A DNA stretch of 51,101 nt, taken from Syntrophaceae bacterium UBA4810. Its GTDB lineage: Bacteria > Desulfobacterota > Syntrophia > Syntrophales > Smithellaceae. Below are positions 47,627 to 51,101 of this stretch, one piece after another (positions within the stretch are counted from its first letter, which is position 1; each line of letters starts with the position of its first letter). The stretch is taken from the NCBI GenBank assembly GCA_002402545.1, contig DHGA01000064.1, positions 654 to 51,754 of the forward strand, in the 5' to 3' direction. The notes under the pieces were generated by a model that made no database searches, had not been told where the DNA came from, and was given only the letters and a program-made list of their open reading frames with translations. The translations under genes and the position numbers were made by a program.

Positions 47627-48210
47627 TTATTTTCCCTTAGTATCCACCGCACGGCTTCCAGAATATCCGCGGCGATATAATCCGGCTGGTTGTAAGCTGT
47701 TAATTTATCAGGGCCATCATCCTGCAAGACGCTTTGACCAAAACCGGTTTTTACCAAAACACCCTTCACCTGCGCCCTTTTACCCGCTTCTATATCGTTG
47801 TATCTGTCCCCGATTATGTAAGAGCGCGCTAAATCAATATTCATTTCCTGCGCGGCCTGAAGCAACATCCCCGGAGCCGGCTTTCGGCAATCACATTCCC
47901 GGTGGTAGGAACCAATACCTTCCGTGGGATGATGGGGGCAATAATAAAACGCGTCAATCAAAGCGTTTTCCTTAAGAAATTCCGCGTGCAAAAATTTATT
48001 GGCGATTTTTACAAAATCCTCGGAGAATAATCCTCGGGCGACACCTGCCTGATTAGTTATTACTACCGCTTTCATTTTAGCGGCGTTAATCAAACGAACT
48101 GCTTCAAATGCCGCGGGGATTATTTTTAATTTAGCCAGGTCGTCCAGATAGCCGACTTCTTCATTTATCGTGCCGTCTCTATCCAAAAATATTGCCCTGT
48201 GCTTTTTCAT
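47623..48210 (-). CDS. gmhB: D,D-heptose 1,7-bisphosphate phosphatase
   Basis: Motifs FLDRDGTIN, TNQAG, CPHHP, CDCRKP and IGD...D. Confidence 0.93.
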   Translation of the reverse strand: MKKHRAIFLDRDGTINEEVGYLDDLAKLKIIPAAFEAVRLINAAKMKAVVITNQAGVARGLFSEDFVKIANKFLHAEFLKENALIDAFYYCPHHPTEGIGSYHRECDCRKPAPGMLLQAAQEMNIDLARSYIIGDRYNDIEAGKRAQVKGVLVKTGFGQSVLQDDGPDKLTAYNQPDYIAADILEAVRWILRENK

Positions 48211-48211
48211 A

Positions 48212-49270
48212 TTAGCCCTGGCTGCGTTTCATTATTGTTTGCGCGGCGGATAAAACATCATCGACAGTAATTAAATTCATGCAGCGAAAGTCTGTGGGGC
48301 ATGTTTCTTTCAGGCAGGGACTGCAGGAAACTTCTTTACGGACGATTATTATCTTTTCTCCAATAGGCGACGTGGTAACAGGATTGGTCGAGCCGAAAAT
48401 AGCGACTGTCGGAATATTCAAAGCCCCGGCAATATGCATGAGCCCGGAATCATTGCTGATAAATAAAGAACATTGTGAAATAAGATAAACTGCTTCACGC
48501 ACTGTTGTTTTGCCGGAAAAATTGATCAAATCAGAACCTGCCCTACGTTTTACTTCTTCAGCTGTTTGCCAGTCATCCTTGCCGCCCAGCAAAATAACTT
48601 GGCAATCAAACATGTCCTTTAGCTTATCCGCAACGGCGGCAAATCTATCGGGAAGCCATCTTTTGGCCGGACCATATGTCGCGCCCGGAGCAATGCCAAT
48701 AATATTTTTTGAGTCTGGAAGAAACTCCCGTAAAATATTTTGAGCAGTCACGCGGTTGATTTTTGACTGCAGATGCATTTCCTGTCCCACAGGCGGACAT
48801 CCCAAAGCTTTAACCATTTCCAGATAATAACCAACCTGATGAATTTCTCTCACCTGGCTGGTACGCTTAACACTATGAGTTAATAATAATCCGCGGCCAT
48901 CAGAGTTGTATCCGGCGCGAGATTTTATCCGCGCCGCAAACGTCATTATCGCGGCCTCAATCGCGTTTTGTAAAAGAATAGCGGCGTCAAACTCCTTTTT
49001 ATGCAAAACTCTCGCGAGACGGAAAACACCCAGCGGATTGTCAAACTGTTTCTTGTAAACAATTATTTCGTCGACTTCAGCAAATAATTTATAAATATCG
49101 GCGACAATTGGTTTGGCCAAAATACTGATACGCGATTCCGGGTACGCGGCGCGAACAGACGCAATCGCCGGCAAGGTCATAACCGCGTCACCGATCCAAT
49201 TAGTTCCTCTGATTAATATTTTATTTAAACCTTCTTTGGGAAGTGTTTTTTTATGTTTCGGCAACATCAT
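48212..49270 (-). CDS. waaF: ADP-heptose:LPS heptosyltransferase II
   Basis: Motifs NWIGDAVM, APGATYGPAKRW, NDSGLMH and FGST. Confidence 0.9.
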   Translation of the reverse strand: MMLPKHKKTLPKEGLNKILIRGTNWIGDAVMTLPAIASVRAAYPESRISILAKPIVADIYKLFAEVDEIIVYKKQFDNPLGVFRLARVLHKKEFDAAILLQNAIEAAIMTFAARIKSRAGYNSDGRGLLLTHSVKRTSQVREIHQVGYYLEMVKALGCPPVGQEMHLQSKINRVTAQNILREFLPDSKNIIGIAPGATYGPAKRWLPDRFAAVADKLKDMFDCQVILLGGKDDWQTAEEVKRRAGSDLINFSGKTTVREAVYLISQCSLFISNDSGLMHIAGALNIPTVAIFGSTNPVTTSPIGEKIIIVRKEVSCSPCLKETCPTDFRCMNLITVDDVLSAAQTIMKRSQG

Positions 49271-50160
49271 TTTTTGTTCCTTGATTTAACCTGCCATGGT
49301 TTGGTTTTCCATCGCTGATGCAGCCATAACCATTGCTCCGGATATTTACGCACATATTCTTCAATAACTTTATTAAACTTTTGCGTGTTTAGCAACACGT
49401 CCTCATCAAGATTACCAGTGTTAATAATCTCCATTTTGGGGCCGATTTCCAATAGATATTTGCCATTCGGCAATCGTCTGGTAAACGCCGGCATTATTGC
49501 AGCTCCCGTATGCTGGCCCATCCGCGCTAAACCGGAGGTGGCGCAGGCGGGGCGTCCGAAAAAATCAACAAATACGCCTTCATTGCCGGATACATTCTGG
49601 TCAATTAGAATGTTTATGGTTTCCCCGCTTTCCAGCAAACGTAGAGATTGCCGCATTGCTTTTTGCTTATGCAGGGATAAATTTCCGCATCTGCCGCGTA
49701 AATATGTCGTAAGTTCATCAAGGAAAAGATTGTCCAGGCGCCGCATCATAAATATCAGCGGCTTGGTTAATAAAGCCAGCGCGGTGTTGCCGATTTCCCA
49801 ATTGCCAAAATGCGCGCTGAAAAGCAATACCCCTTTGTTTTCGCGACAAGCTTCAATATAATTTTTCAGGCCCTTTACTTCAATCCAGCGATGAATATTG
49901 TCTTTGCTTAATCCGGAAAGCCCTGGAAATTCAGCCACCATAATGGCAAAACTTCTATATGACGCCTTGGCTATCTTCAAAATATCCTCTAAGGTTTTCT
50001 CGGGAAAAGAACGCGTAAGGTTATGAATGGCAATCAGTCGGTGTTTTAGCGATAAATAATATATAAAATCTGACAGAATTAATAGCACGCCACGCCGCAC
50101 AGCCACAGGGATACTGCTAAAAACAAAAACGGCCAACTTTATTTTTATGGGACTTTTCAT
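49267..50160 (-). CDS. lpxL: Lipid A late acyltransferase (LpxL/HtrB family)
   Basis: Motifs HFGNWE, LIDQ, FFG and PEQWLWLHQRWK. Confidence 0.88.
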   Translation of the reverse strand: MKSPIKIKLAVFVFSSIPVAVRRGVLLILSDFIYYLSLKHRLIAIHNLTRSFPEKTLEDILKIAKASYRSFAIMVAEFPGLSGLSKDNIHRWIEVKGLKNYIEACRENKGVLLFSAHFGNWEIGNTALALLTKPLIFMMRRLDNLFLDELTTYLRGRCGNLSLHKQKAMRQSLRLLESGETINILIDQNVSGNEGVFVDFFGRPACATSGLARMGQHTGAAIMPAFTRRLPNGKYLLEIGPKMEIINTGNLDEDVLLNTQKFNKVIEEYVRKYPEQWLWLHQRWKTKPWQVKSRNKK

Positions 50161-51101
50161 TTTTTATCAGCGCCTTCTTTTAAACATTGTAAAATAAATT
50201 TATTAAATAACGGATCGGCATTCAGCGGCTTTATCTTCATTGTTATCCGCAATATCCAGATTGTATCCAAAAATTCCGGATAATCATGCAGGCGCGCTGC
50301 ATCTTTTTCTGTGGTGATGAGGTAATCGGCGCGCGCGCTGAAAAGCTGTTTTTTCAGTTCTTCCAGATCATAACGGGTGTAACTATAGTGATCAGGAAAA
50401 GGATTAAAAGACAAAATATTCGCTTTCGCGCCAAGTAAAACTTTTTTAAAAGAATCGGGATTTGCGATTCCGCAAAATGCGCATAGTTTTTTACCTTTTA
50501 GATTATCCATAGAAACAATGGATTTGCCTTTTGCCTGCGCAATACCTTGCGGCTCGTGAACGCTGTAAAAAAGAGGTGTGTTTTTGCCTCTTATTATTTT
50601 TGCAACCTCTTCGCTGATTTTCATTTCCTCTTCGGCGCGGGTTAACATCAGGCAGTGGGCGCGACTAAGCCCTTTGACCGACTCACGTAAAGGCCCCGCC
50701 GGCAAAAGACGGCCATTACCAAAAGGTTTCTTGTAATCAAGTAAAACCAGATCAATATCTCGCGCTATTTGGCGATGCTGAAATGCGTCATCGCATATAA
50801 TTACGTTGGCCCCAAACCTTTCGATAGCGAATTTTCCTGTTCTTTTTCTTCGGGCGCCGGTAATCACCGGTACCCCCGGTAATGATTGCGCCATTAAAAT
50901 AGGTTCATCACCGGCCGCCTTGGCCCCAAGCATAATATTTTCGCCATCGGAAACAAGATTTATCCCACCAGCGTTGCTACCACCGTAACCACGGCTGATT
51001 ACCGCCGGGCGAAAACCTTCCGCTTGAAGCATTTTTGCCAACATAATTACACAGGGGGTTTTGCCCGTGCCGCCGACAGTAATATTGCCGACGCTGATTA
51101 C
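50157..51101 (-). CDS. lpxK: Tetraacyldisaccharide 4'-kinase; 5' end outside the window
   Basis: The frame is open to the window edge, with VISVGNITVGGTGKTP, SRGYG, GDEP, DDAFQH, LPAGPLRE, FPDHY and TTEKD. Confidence 0.95.
   Translation of the reverse strand, partial: VISVGNITVGGTGKTPCVIMLAKMLQAEGFRPAVISRGYGGSNAGGINLVSDGENIMLGAKAAGDEPILMAQSLPGVPVITGARRKRTGKFAIERFGANVIICDDAFQHRQIARDIDLVLLDYKKPFGNGRLLPAGPLRESVKGLSRAHCLMLTRAEEEMKISEEVAKIIRGKNTPLFYSVHEPQGIAQAKGKSIVSMDNLKGKKLCAFCGIANPDSFKKVLLGAKANILSFNPFPDHYSYTRYDLEELKKQLFSARADYLITTEKDAARLHDYPEFLDTIWILRITMKIKPLNADPLFNKFILQCLKEGADKK

Overview
This AT-rich 51-kb window is almost entirely a cell-surface glycan super-locus from a Gram-negative bacterium. 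A Syntrophales/Smithella-like deltaproteobacterium is plausible, but that is only an impression. Most genes are on the minus strand. In transcription order from the right end it holds: (1) lipid A/inner-core genes lpxK(partial)-lpxL-waaF-gmhB-waaC and two LPS kinases; (2) a mixed-strand patch of core-decorating genes with folD, two of them broken by single-base losses in homopolymers; (3) an ABC-exported O-polysaccharide operon (PGT, wzm, wzt, GT8-coiled-coil, WbdA-like polymerase, GT-C, rmd-like, two GT4, epimerase); (4) a tightly coupled 'pstSCAB'-cysD-cysNC block; (5) a PglF/WbpM dehydratase and an eroded Wzx module; (6) the 5' part of an acyl-CoA synthetase. Three observations stand out. 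The PstS-like protein has lost its phosphate-binding Ser/Thr residues and is coupled to sulfate-activation genes, so it may be a Pst-derived sulfate importer. The CysD carries a CC...CxxC motif like the Fe-S site of APS reductase. A GT8 protein sits in the WbdD chain-terminator/ruler position. A family of short TIR-bounded palindromic elements marks the module junctions. No rRNA, tRNA or CRISPR array was recognised. All family assignments come from motif recognition by eye, not database searches.
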